Shown in pieces: positions 11,230-22,070 of a stretch of DNA of 64,000 bases. The position numbers and the translations under genes are program-made. Source of the stretch: an uncultured Chloroflexia bacterium (GTDB taxonomy: Bacteria > Chloroflexota > Anaerolineae > CG2-30-64-16); the NCBI GenBank assembly GCA_963774265.1, contig CAVZDU010000001.1, positions 192,001 through 256,000 on the forward strand, in the 5' to 3' direction. The first letter of the stretch is position 1, and each line of letters begins with the position of its first letter. The notes under the pieces were generated by a model, which worked only from the letters and a program-made list of their open reading frames with translations, did not search any database and was not told the origin of the DNA.

Positions 11230-14200
11230 CGCCCGGCGAAACCTTCACCGTGACCGGCCACATCAGCCCGGCCGCCGGGGCCGCGCTCCAGGGTTACCAG
11301 GTGCTGGCGATGTGGCAGGACAGCGCAGGTCACGCCATCCCCATCAGTCTCCAGCCCGGTACGATCGGCGCCGATGGGCAGTTCCGGGTGCACGCCCGCC
11401 GCGCCCAGCCTGCGCTTGGGCGATGCCTGGTCGAGCGCAGGCTCCGCCGAAGGACTCCACCTGACGTTGTTCGAGCCCGGCTCCGAGAAAAGCGCCGATT
11501 TCCGCACAGCGTACACCGGGTCCTTCTCACTGGCCCTGCAGGTACACGTGACCAGCAGCCTGGACGGGCACGAGATCGAGAATGCCGTGGTGAGGATCGA
11601 GGACTACGGCGGCTTGAAACCCCAAACTCGGGACGAGACGAATCAACTCGGAGGCTGGGCCAAGGCTCAGTTTGGGAACCTCGATCTAAAGAACTACCTC
11701 TGCAGCAAACCGTGGGCGCAGGAGACCACGCCGGCGGGAGAGGCCCTGGTCCAGTTGCCCCATGCCGAGGCGCTGGAAGTCAATCCCTGGTACGGCGACC
11801 TGGAAGCAGATGTCTTTAAGAAGGTGACAGCCCTGTCGGTCCAAGCGAGCAGCGCCACGGCCCCAGGGGGCGCCAGAGAGGCAGACGCGGCAGGCGCTGC
11901 CACCCACGAACCCGCCGACCGGCTCCCAATGGAAGCACAAAACGATCCACGTGAATGCGTTGCTGGCAGGGTTCGGCGTGCTCGGTGCAGATGGCCAATG
12001 GTACGGCTACACCACGGACGTGTACTTCAACACGCAGACCGGCGAAATCGTGGATGCCTGGAGTCACGCCCTCGGCAATCCATTCGAGGTGGTGCTCGAT
12101 CCCATCCCGGCGGGCGAGATTCCCTTCAAGTTCTCTCCCGTGCTGACCGCGGGGATTCCGGAGCCGGGCACGGACCCCACCATCTACGGCAAATTCCTGA
12201 GCTTCACCGGCATCTCGGGCGGGCTTGTGACGCTGCCGTCTGAGCTGGCCAGCGTCCAATTCGCGATCCCCTGGAAGCTGAATGATTACGTCGAGAAGGT
12301 GCGCGTGGAGCTCGCGGGGCAGGTCCTCGTGCAGGCTCCGCCGCTTCAATATCCGACGGCCGGGATGTGCAGCACGTCAGACCCCCAGATCGGCGAATGG
12401 GGGCTTTACGACTTGAAGCTCCCGTACCCGGCGATCGCGGCCGGAGTCCACGAGCTGAAGATGATCGTAAAGCTGAAGACCGGCGCCGAGGTGCCCCGGC
12501 TGCTGAAATTGCGCTTCGTCGATGCGCCGGCATGGTTCCGCATGTCGGCGGCCGGCCGGCGGTGGGCGGAGTGGAAGGGCGGCGGCTACGAGCTCCGCGA
12601 AGAACTGATTGGGCCTGAAGCAGGGACCGTCGACGCCTCGTCTACGGCAGCGGAGACGCCGAAGAGCGGCGCGGTCACCAACAAGGCAACGCTGAAAACT
12701 GTCCACACCGAGCAGATTGGCTTTGGGGGCGACGCCACCGGTGCGGCAGAGTACAGCGCTACCGGCATGAAGGTCCTGAATCAAACGGCCCAGAATGTGA
12801 CGGGCAAGGCGCAGGGGGAGCAGTCCACGGCCCTGGTGTCCGTCCAGGCGGCCAGCTCGCCGGACTCCAACTACACAATCCCGATCAACTTCTCCGAGGA
12901 ACTCTTCGACACCGGCACCCTCCCACTCATGCAAGGCGCACTCAACCTGCTGGACATTGTCGAGGTGACGGTGGGGGCAGAGGGCGGCTCGTCGGCCTGG
13001 TTGGGCATCCAGGGCAGTGTGACCGTTGGGGACGGCGCGCAGGCCATCGATCTCACGATCAAGCCCGAGGCCAGCGTATGGGGCACCTACTCGCTCGGGG
13101 TTTCTTTCCTGACGGTCGTCGCAGCCGCGAAGGCGGAGCTTTCCGCCAATCTGAATTCCCGGCTGACACTAAATGTGCACGACTACGACGTGGGCCTGGA
13201 TGGCGTCTGCTTCACGTACCAGGGTGGGACCAGGTTCTGGGCCGGGCTCATCTGCGTTCCCTACACCGAAGTTTGCCTCCTCGATGGTGAGACTGTCGAT
13301 CAGTGGCCGACATTCAAGGCGCCTTCCGGCTGCACCGGCTCGACCCAGGCGACTGCGGCGACCGCGTCACCGCCAGACTCAACGCCTGGGCCGCCGGTGG
13401 TGGGTGCGGCGCTGGCCAGCGATGGCTTCGGCCACAGCGCGGCCATCTGGCCGGGCGACCGTCAGCGCGTTGACAGCGCAGTTCTTTGACGGCGTCACGT
13501 GGGCCAAGGCCTACACGATCCCCACCGGGGTCGGCCCGGACGGTCCGGCGCTGGCCTTCTTCGCGCCGGACCGGGCAATCGCCGCCTGGTCCGAGAGCTC
13601 GCTTTCCAGCGCCGCGATCCCTCTGCCAACCTCAGCCTACACCGACGTTGTCCGATCCTATCACATCGCCACCAGCGTCTGGGACGGCTCGGCCTGGTCG
13701 GCGCCGCAAGACCTGACGCTGCCCACGACGCCGGCCACCGGCGAGGGTAGAGTGGCGCTGGCTGCCTGCCCGTCGACGGCCGCGGGCTGCCCGGCGGGCG
13801 GCGCGGCCACCGCGGTGTGGGTGCGCGACGTGGCCGGCGAGCCGGCCCAACGCGAGTTCCGTCTGTTCTACGCCACGTTCCAGGGTGGGCAGTGGAGCGC
13901 GCCGCTGCCCGTGGACCCGTCGAGCACGGGCGCCGATATGCAGCCGTCGGTCGCCTACCGGCAGGGCAAGCCGGTGGTCGCCTGGGTGCGCGACGCCGAC
14001 CGCAGCGTCGCCACCGTGTCGGACCGGCGCATCGCCTGGCGCGTCCTGGATGGCTCCAGCCCGGTGGTTGTGCCGGCCGGCCTGCCCGAGGGTATCGTGC
14101 ACCTGGCGTTGGCGGTCGACGGCGCGGGCATTCCCCAGCTCGCCTTCACCCGTGTCGACACACCCGGCGTGGCCCTGATTGACTCGCGCCATCCGCTGCA

Positions 14201-15428
14201 CTATGCCCAGGAGGCCTGCACGGGGATGACCTGCGTCTGGAGCTGGCAGAAGCTGCTGGACAGCCACGGCCGCGCGATCTACGCGGAGCAGCCACGGCTG
14301 ACCATCGACAAGCTCGACCGTCCCACCATCACCTACCGGGCTCTGGGCCTCGGCCCCGACCCGGCGGCCAGCCAGCATGCGTACCCGGAGGACACGGCCG
14401 GCGTGATCGCCCACACGGGTGACCTGGCCCAGGTGGAGCTGCCGGCGGTCACGGCGGGCCCGGCCGTTGAGGCCTCTGCAAGACCTCGCAGGTCTTACGG
14501 AGAGGCAAACGTCGGCCGTCAGCCCCAGCTACCTGACGGCGGACGGCGCGGTGAACTGGGAACCGCTGGCGGCGTACGATGCGCTCAGCGATAGCACAAT
14601 TGCGCTGGCCGTGCGCGGTGCAGCGCCGGCGGGTGCGGCGAGCCTGGCCGCGCAACTGCAAAAGACCAACACCGCGCAGGCGCTGGCCGCCGGGGAGCCG
14701 ATTGTGGCGGCCAATGTGGCGCGGCTGCCCGACTTCGCCGTGGTGACGGCCACGGTCTCGTCACGCTACCCGGCGCCGGGCCAGCCGCTGACGCTGACGG
14801 TTGCGCTGCGCAACGATGGCGTGGGCTGGCAGGGCGCCTCGGGCCAGCCCCTGGACCTGGCCGCCACGTGGGATGGCGGACCGGGCCTGGGCGCCACGGC
14901 CGCCTCCACAACCGTGGCCACGTTGGCTGCCGGTGAGGTTGTGACCCTCACCCTGCCGTTGACAACGCCACCGCCGGTCTCGCCGGGCGCGCCCGCCGCG
15001 TCTTACGCCGCACCGCACACATTGACCGTGACCGCCAACCCGAACCAGGCCGCGGCCGAGCGTAACGGGGCGAACAACGACGTCACGCTGCCCGTCGGCG
15101 GCCTGCCAATCCCGGAGGCGCTGACGGCTGCTGCGACGGGCAAAGGCGCAGTCCTCCTGCAGTGGATGGCGCCACCGGCGGGCGCTGTCGCCGGCTACCG
15201 CGTCTACCGCTCTGCCGACGGCGGTCCCAGCCTGCCGGCCGGCAGCAGCTTCGTCACCGGGTGGGTGGACGTGACGGCACAACCCGGCCACCGCTACCGG
15301 TACACTGTCGTCAGCTACGCCGCGAACGGACTGGAGGGGGAGCCAAGCGCAGGAGCTGAGGCGAGCACGCCGCGGGATTCCGACCGCATCTTCCTGCCGC
15401 TGGTGGAGCGGGGACGCTAAGCCGAACT

Positions 15429-15570
15429 TCAGTCTCGCGTTGTTCCGACCCCGATTGGTTGAAACCTGCTGTTGAGGATCACCTGGACGTCCACCCCGCG
15501 GTTGCGGGCCTGGATGAGCGCATCGACGACGCTGTCTTCGTGCTCGCCGGTCATTTCGCCGATGCGGAAT
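15429..15570 (-). pseudogene. Short remnant resembling a phospholipase-D-fold segment
   Basis: VVDALIQARNRGVDVQVILN resembles the PLD-like 'L..A..RGV.V.VI' segment; no HKD motif. Confidence 0.45.
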
Positions 15571-15610
15571 AGGCGTGGATTGAAAGCTCCAAGATAATAG
15601 CACAGCCCTG

Positions 15611-16743
15611 CTATAGCCACTTCCGATACACGCGATACCGTTTGTAAATCCGGCACCCTAGGTGCGCGGCCAGCTCCGGCGTGCGCGGGTTGTCGTCGGA
15701 CGTCAGCGACAGATCGGCCCAGCGGTAACCCCTGGCGGTCGCGCGGCGCGCCATCTCGTCGAAGAGCAGCACGGCCACCCCCGTGTCCCAGTGTTCAGGC
15801 AGCACCAGCACGCTCTTGATGGCGATGCACGCGACCGGCCGGCGCAGGCGCCACAGGAGCGGCAGGTATTGCCACGGATAGCGCAGCCCGCCGGCATGGA
15901 TGAAGGCCTCGTTGAGGTTCGGGATGCCGGGAAACCAGCCCACCGCTTCACCCCCGGTTGTCTCGGCAAACAGGATGAGCTCCGGGTCGGCGATCTCCTT
16001 GAATGGCGCCAGCAGCGCGTCCAGGGCCGACCGCTCCCACGGGATGAAGCCGGGGAGGTGCGCCAGGCACCGGTTCATCAGCGTAAGGATCCGCCCGGTC
16101 TCCTCCTCCCAGTTCGCCAGGTCGGCCCTGCGCACGCGGTAGCGGCCGCGGCCGCGCACCCGCTCGGCCAGCCGGGCCAGCCGCTGCATAGGAGGCGTCG
16201 CCAGGTCCAGGTCGATCGCGAACGCCAGGTTATCCCCCGCGCGGGCTCGAAACCGCACGACTCGAAGAACCCCTGGTAGTAGGGAGGCGTGTGGCCGCAC
16301 AGGATGGCCGGCGGCCGGTCGCGGCCCTCGATCAGCACGCCATACGCATCCTCGTAGTCCAGGTTGAACGGGCCGTGCAGGGCGTCGAGCTTGCGGCCCC
16401 GCGCCCACGCCGTGGCATGGTCGAACAGCGCCCGCGCCACCGTCTCGTCCTCCACGCACTCGAAGAAACCGATGACCGCGTCCTTCCACGGATGCGCCGC
16501 GTGGCTGGCCCGATCCTCCGCGCAGCAGATCGTGCCCACCGGCTCGCGGCCCCGCCAGGCGATGAAAAACTCGGCATCACCCCGCTCGAACCATGCCCCG
16601 CGGCGCGGGTCGATCACCTTCTCCCGCTCGGGCAGCAGCGGCGGTACCCAAAGGGGATCGCCGCGGTAAATCCGCCACGGAAAAGTGAGAAACGTGCGCC
16701 GCTCCCGCGCGCTCGCCACCGGCCGTATTACAACCTCACTCAT
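15611..16743 (-). CDS. Double-GNAT protein (YghO-like), apparent frameshift near 16240
   Basis: FLTFPWRIYRGDPLWVPPL, IGFFEC, GPFN, GIPNLN, ADLSLTSDDN, IYKRYRVY. Confidence 0.8.
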
Positions 16744-18093
16744 GATGACGAAGCCTTGCGCCGCGACTCCAGCTCCGCCGCGATCTCCGAATACCCTTCG
16801 CGGCCCAGGGGATACACCAGCGCGAAGAGGATCCCGGCGCAGAGCAGGACCGCGGGAATGGGCCCCGCGACGATGCGGATGCCCAGCAGCGCGGCGTCCG
16901 GCTGGACGGCATTGGCCGCGTTGTAACCGGTGAACTTGAGCACCAGCAGCGCCAGCGGCACCGCGACCGAGCTGGCGATCTTCTGCGCCAGCGTGACCAG
17001 GCTGTAGAACATCCCCTCGTGGCGCTCGCCGGTCCGGTATTCGCCCCACTCGATCGCGTCGGGGATGATCGACCAGGGCAGGACGTGCGCGGCCGAGACG
17101 CCGATGCCGGCCAGCACGCACAGCGTGATAATGATGGGCAGGCCGGCCCCCGCGCCGACCGCGGCCAGGACGATCTGCACGACGGCCCAGAACGAAATAC
17201 CAGCGATGTAGGCCAGCCGCTTGTTCAGCCGCCGCGAGGCCCACTGCCACAGCGGCAGCGCACAGATAGCCACCACGAAGATCGTCCCCATGATCATGTC
17301 GCTCTGCGCCTCGCGCCGGAGCACATATTTAATGAAGAACAAGAGGATCGTCTGCAGGATGTCCATTGCCATCCAGGTGAACAGGTAGATGCCGGCGCTG
17401 AAGAGAAAGGGCCGGTTGCCGAGCGCCGCCCGGACCGAGTCCTTCAGGCCCGGCTGCGCCTGCTGCATCAGCTCCGGCCGCTTCGCGCGTGGTGAAAAAG
17501 ACCAGCAGCAGTGGGAGCGCGGATGCCAGGCCGAACGCGACCGCCATCAGCAGCACCCGGCCCGCGTTCTCCGGCCGGAAGCTGCCGACGATCATCAGCG
17601 GGACGGTGAACGCGACCAGGCTGCCCGCGATCGAGAAGAACATGCGGGTGGCGGTGAGGCTGGTGCGCTCGTCGTAATCGGGGGTGAGTTCGGGCGTGAG
17701 CGCGAAGTAAGGCATGTAGACGAAGGTGGCCGCGATGTCGAAAAACACATAGGCGGCCGCGTAATAGATGGCCAGGCCCAGGTCCCCCTGCAGCGGGGGG
17801 CGCCACCACAGCAGCATGAACGCCAGCGCAAACGGCAGGCTGCCGAACAGCAGGAACGGCCGGCGCCGGCCCCAGCGCGTGCGCGTACGGTCCGAGATGT
17901 AACCGATCAGGGGGTCGTTGATATAGTCCGACGAGCGGCCGATAAAGATGGCCGCGGCCGCGATCGCCGGATCGACGCGCACCACATCGGTGAGAAAGAT
18001 GGCGAAGTAGGCACTGACGATGGTCAGGGTCAGGCTGAAACCGGTGTCGCCTGAGCCGTAGATCCAGCGCTGCGAGCGCGAGAGTCTTTGCAT
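16740..18093 (-). CDS. MFS transporter of the GPH (MelB-like) family, apparent frameshift near 17480
   Basis: YGSGD, DPLIGYISDRTRTRWGRRRPF, PYFALTPELTPDYDER, GERHEGMFYS. Confidence 0.85.
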
Positions 18094-18202
18094 GGCGCGC
18101 CTCAAAACCGGGGATAAACGCGTAACAAATGGCTTGCGCGGTATGGTAAGTCACAAGACGAAGGAGCACAACTTGAGGCCGGTCCAAAGTCACTTCGTCA
18201 CG

Positions 18203-18231
18203 TTGACACCATGTGGAAGTGATAGGATAAT
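18203..18231 (+). promoter_or_regulatory. Sigma70-type promoter of the redox operon
   Basis: TTGACA-17 bp-GATAAT. Confidence 0.55.
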
Positions 18232-18261
18232 TGCGCGACCAATCGCGTGGATGGAGGCCGC

Positions 18262-18510
18262 ATGCCCCTCTTCGACCTGTTCCGCCGTGACCGCGCCCGC
18301 CGGCAGGCCGCCGTGTCAGCGCAGGTCGTGCCTGAACAAGGCCGCTGCGTCCAGTGCGGCATCTGCTCGTTCTACTGCCCGATCAACATCGACGTCCGCC
18401 TGCACGCCTGGGAGGGTGCACCCGTGGTGGAAAGCTACTGCCTGACCTGTGGCGAGTGCGTTACGCGCTGTCCGCGCGGTGTCCTTCACTTCGAGCGCTC
18501 GGCGCCATAG
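18262..18510 (+). CDS. 2x[4Fe-4S] dicluster ferredoxin-like protein
   Basis: CVQCGICSFYCP and CLTCGECVTRCP; RBS GGAGG. Confidence 0.9.
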   Translation: MPLFDLFRRDRARRQAAVSAQVVPEQGRCVQCGICSFYCPINIDVRLHAWEGAPVVESYCLTCGECVTRCPRGVLHFERSAP

Positions 18511-18546
18511 AGCGCCTGCGGGCGGCGCCTCCACGAAGGAGCACCC

Positions 18547-19854
18547 ATGCCAACTCGTTACCTCATCATCGGCGCCGGCGTCGCGGCGGTGGCTGCCGCG
18601 GAAGCGATCCGCCAGGCGGATCGCAGTGGTGAGCTCACGCTGCTTTCCGACGATCCCAACGGCTACTATTCACGACCCGGACTCGCCTATTACCTGACCG
18701 GCGAGGTCAACCGGTCGCTCCTCTTCCCCTTTAAGGAAGCCGCCTGGGATCGGCTCCCCGCGCGCCGTGTGCTCGGTCGCGCCGCGAGCATCAACCCCGC
18801 GGCGCACCGCGTCACCCTGGTTGACGGCGCGACGCTCCCGTACGACCGTCTGCTCGTCGCCACTGGTGCGTCGGCCGTGCAACCTGTGCTCCCAGGCATC
18901 GATCTGCCCGAAGTGGTCAAGCTGGACAATCTGGAAGATGCGGATCGGATGATTGCGATCGCGGCCAAGGCGCGCGCCGCGGTTGTGGTGGGCGGCGGCA
19001 TCACCGCGTTGGAGATCGTGGAAGGGCTGCGCAACCGCTGCCGGCGCATCCACTATTTGCTGCGCGGGGATCGCTATTGGGGCAATGTGCTGGACGAGGA
19101 GGAATCGAAGCTGGTCATGTCACGCCTGACGCATGAAGACATCCGGCTCCACACCCGTACCGAGCTGGCCGCGATTGAAGGCACTGGCGGCCATGTCTCC
19201 GCCGTTCTGACGACGGGAGGTGAGCGCATCCCGTGTGGCATGGTGGCAGTCGCCATTGGCGTCAGCCCGCGCGCCGAACTGGCGCGCGCGGCGGGACTGC
19301 CCCTCGACCGCGGCATCCTGGTCGACCAATACCTCGCAGCAGGCCTGCCCGATGTCTTCGCGGCAGGCGACGTAGCCCAGGTGCATGACCCGCGGTCAGG
19401 CAGGGCAATCCTGGACACGCTCTGGAACTCCGCGCGCGGCCAGGGGACCGTCGCCGGCCGCAACATGACGGGCGCGAATGAGCGTTATGTGAAGACGACG
19501 GCGCTGAACGTCACCCGCCTGGCGGGCCTGACTACCACCATCATCGGGGCCGTGGGTTCGGGCCGTGATGCCGACCTGGTGGGCATCGCTCGCGGCGACA
19601 GCGAGGCGTGGCGCCAACTGGGCGACGCGCTGGTTGCCGAGGATCATCATGAGGTCAACCGCCTGCGCCTGTTGGTCGGACCTACAACGCTCGTGGGAGC
19701 AGTGGTCATGGGCGATCAGACACCCTCGCGGCCATTGCAGCGGCTGATCGCCGATGGTGTTGATATCACGCCCGTACGCAGCCGCCTGCTTGCGCCGCGC
19801 GCGCCGCTGGCCCAGATCATCACGGAGTTCGCCCATGCGACCCAGCGCGCGTGA
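18547..19854 (+). CDS. FAD-dependent NAD(P)H oxidoreductase (rubredoxin/ferredoxin reductase, NirB-N-like)
   Basis: IIGAGVAA, YYSRP, YDRLLVATGA, VVVGGGITALE, VFAAGDVAQ. Confidence 0.9.
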   Translation: MPTRYLIIGAGVAAVAAAEAIRQADRSGELTLLSDDPNGYYSRPGLAYYLTGEVNRSLLFPFKEAAWDRLPARRVLGRAASINPAAHRVTLVDGATLPYDRLLVATGASAVQPVLPGIDLPEVVKLDNLEDADRMIAIAAKARAAVVVGGGITALEIVEGLRNRCRRIHYLLRGDRYWGNVLDEEESKLVMSRLTHEDIRLHTRTELAAIEGTGGHVSAVLTTGGERIPCGMVAVAIGVSPRAELARAAGLPLDRGILVDQYLAAGLPDVFAAGDVAQVHDPRSGRAILDTLWNSARGQGTVAGRNMTGANERYVKTTALNVTRLAGLTTTIIGAVGSGRDADLVGIARGDSEAWRQLGDALVAEDHHEVNRLRLLVGPTTLVGAVVMGDQTPSRPLQRLIADGVDITPVRSRLLAPRAPLAQIITEFAHATQRA

Positions 19855-20494
19855 ATTGTGGTGGGCGCTCGCGATCATCGCAGGCGTCACGGCTGTCTAC
19901 CTGCTTGCCGTCCGCGGTCTCGGCCTCGATGCGAAATCGCGGGGCCTGCTGGGCCACGGTATCGGCATCCTTGGGTTCGTATTGATGCTGATGACGGAGA
20001 CCCTCTACTCTCTGCGCAAGCGCTCGCGACAGGCGCGCTGGGGTCGCACGGCGAACTGGCTGCGCTTTCACATCGTGACCGGCCTGGTTGGCCCGTACAT
20101 GGTGCTGCTCCACGCCGCGTGGCGTTATAACGGCCTGGCAGGGCTGGTCACGCTGATGACAATCATCGTCGTGATCAGCGGGTTTGTCGGCCGCTACATC
20201 TATACGCGGGTGCCCCGCAATGCCGACGGGCTGATGCTGGAGGCCGGAGAATTGCAGGCGCAGATCCAGGCGGCCGTCCTGGCGCTAGCTCAGGGGGATC
20301 AGTTGCAGGCGGCTGAAGTCCAACGGCTGACCGCCCGGCGTCGACTGCTTGAACGACAGGCCGCGTCCCTGGTCACCGTCCGCCGCACGATGGGCGTCTG
20401 GACCTCCGTTCATATCCCGATCGGCGTAGCACTGTTTACCGCGGCGTTCGTGCATGTGGGCGCCGCGCTCTACTACGCCACACTGCTACACTAG
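19835..20494 (+). CDS. Integral membrane protein, putative di-heme cytochrome b (ferric-reductase-like TM domain)
   Basis: About 5 hydrophobic helices; two H-x13-H pairs: HIVTGLVGPYMVLLH and HIPIGVALFTAAFVH. Confidence 0.75.
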   Translation: MRPSARELWWALAIIAGVTAVYLLAVRGLGLDAKSRGLLGHGIGILGFVLMLMTETLYSLRKRSRQARWGRTANWLRFHIVTGLVGPYMVLLHAAWRYNGLAGLVTLMTIIVVISGFVGRYIYTRVPRNADGLMLEAGELQAQIQAAVLALAQGDQLQAAEVQRLTARRRLLERQAASLVTVRRTMGVWTSVHIPIGVALFTAAFVHVGAALYYATLLH

Positions 20495-20520
20495 ACCGCA
20501 GACCGCGGCAGGCATCAACG

Positions 20521-21963
20521 ATGAACCGACGTCTCGGCTGTCTCACCGGCGGGGGCTTGCTGGCTGCCGGAGTCACGCTCGCCCTGGTGCTGGCGTTCTT
20601 CCTGGCGACCGGCGGCCGCATGTTTAGTCCAGGGCCGCTCAATGTGCTGGGCAATGAACCGCTCGGCCAGGTCCGCTCCCACGCGGAGACGGGCGGCCGC
20701 TGCCAGGCCTGTCACACGTCGCCCTGGTCAAGGATCACCCTGTCCGATCGCTGCCTGGCGTGCCACACATCGGTTGCCGACCAGCTGCAAACCGGCAAGG
20801 GCCTTCACGCAGGGATGCTGAGACAGGACGCCGCGATCGACTGTCGCGACTGCCACACCGAGCATCGGGGGCCAACCGGTGCGCTCACCGAGATCGATGC
20901 GGCTACGTTCCCCCATGCAGCAACAGGCTATGCACTCACCGGCCATCAGAAGATGACCGACGGCCGCGCCTTCGTGTGCAGCGACTGCCACACAGGCGCC
21001 ACCTTCGAATTCGCCGTCGCCGCCTGCACCGACTGCCACCGGCAGCTCGATGCGGCGACTATGACAACCCACATTGCGGATTTCAGTGATGCCTGTCTCG
21101 GGTGTCACGACGGCGCGGACCGGTATAGCCGCAATCGTTTCGATCACAACGCGCTCGCTTTTCCGCTGCAGGGCAAGCATGCGCAAGCCGGGTGCGGCCA
21201 GTGTCATACTGGCGCGGCCACGGTCGAGGACCTGCAAGGCACGCGCAACACGTGCGTGGATTGCCACCTGAAGGACGACACGCACAAGGGACAGTTCGGG
21301 ACGGATTGCGCGGGGTGCCACAACACGACCGCCTGGCCCGACGCGACCGTCGATCATGGTCAGACGGCGTTCCCGCTGACCGGCAAACACACGGGCGTCC
21401 AGTGCCAGGACTGTCACAAAAGTGGCGTGTTCAAGGGCACGTCACAGGCGTGCATGGATTGCCACGAGAAGGACGACGCGCACAAGGGGCAGTTCGGGGG
21501 GGATTGCGCGGGGTGCCACAACACGACCGCCTGGCCCGACGCGACCTTCGATCATGGTCAGACGGCATTCCCGCTGACCGGCAAACACACGGGCATCCAG
21601 TGCCAGGACTGTCACAAAAGTGGCGTGTTCAAGGGGACCGATACAGACTGCGTTTCCTGCCATGCCGACCCCGCTTTTCACCGCGGCGTCTTCGGGACGA
21701 CGTGCGCAGACTGCCACACCGCGCTGGGCTGGACGCCGGCGACCTTCAACCTGCGCCACACTTTCCCCATCGACCACGGCGAAGAGGGACCTGCGGCGTG
21801 CCGCGCCTGTCACCCCGACAGCATCTCAGCCTACACTTGCTACGGCTGCCACGAACACAACCCGGTCGAGATCGCCGCGAAGCACGCGGAAGAGGCGCCG
21901 GGCGACATCTCGAACTGCGTGAAGTGCCACCCCACGGGGCAGAAGGAAGAGGGAGGTGATTGA
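20521..21963 (+). CDS. Multiheme cytochrome c (18 CxxCH) with N-terminal signal/anchor
   Basis: 18 CxxCH motifs counted; repeated 'FPL.GKH' spacers; N-terminal hydrophobic helix followed by FSPGPL. Confidence 0.92.
   Translation: MNRRLGCLTGGGLLAAGVTLALVLAFFLATGGRMFSPGPLNVLGNEPLGQVRSHAETGGRCQACHTSPWSRITLSDRCLACHTSVADQLQTGKGLHAGMLRQDAAIDCRDCHTEHRGPTGALTEIDAATFPHAATGYALTGHQKMTDGRAFVCSDCHTGATFEFAVAACTDCHRQLDAATMTTHIADFSDACLGCHDGADRYSRNRFDHNALAFPLQGKHAQAGCGQCHTGAATVEDLQGTRNTCVDCHLKDDTHKGQFGTDCAGCHNTTAWPDATVDHGQTAFPLTGKHTGVQCQDCHKSGVFKGTSQACMDCHEKDDAHKGQFGGDCAGCHNTTAWPDATFDHGQTAFPLTGKHTGIQCQDCHKSGVFKGTDTDCVSCHADPAFHRGVFGTTCADCHTALGWTPATFNLRHTFPIDHGEEGPAACRACHPDSISAYTCYGCHEHNPVEIAAKHAEEAPGDISNCVKCHPTGQKEEGGD
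21271..21640 (+). repeat. 198-bp near-identical internal tandem duplication (3-heme module)
   Basis: aaggacgac..cacaaggg..ttcaaggg begins at 21271 and again at 21469. Confidence 0.85.
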
Positions 21964-22070
21964 CGAGCGCTGATCGTCCCCTTCATCCCGTTGACGAGAC
22001 CCCCCGCTTGCGCTAGAATCTGGGTCAGCGTGTCAGCCAGGCGCGCCCAACTCGCGTTTACCAGGGGGAG

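Larger units (their letters stand above)
8708..15420 (+). pseudogene. Very large secreted/surface protein (DNRLRE domain, Ig-like repeats, CARDB-like, FN3, C-terminal IFLPLV), interrupted by IS630 and several indels
   Basis: Signal peptide; RALLRFDL..SDWTEMGVTWNNQP..WDVTEI; removing the IS restores the frame (GAHL|APGETF); ERNGANN; VAGYRVYRS..YRYTVVS; ends RIFLPLVERGR. Confidence 0.75.
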
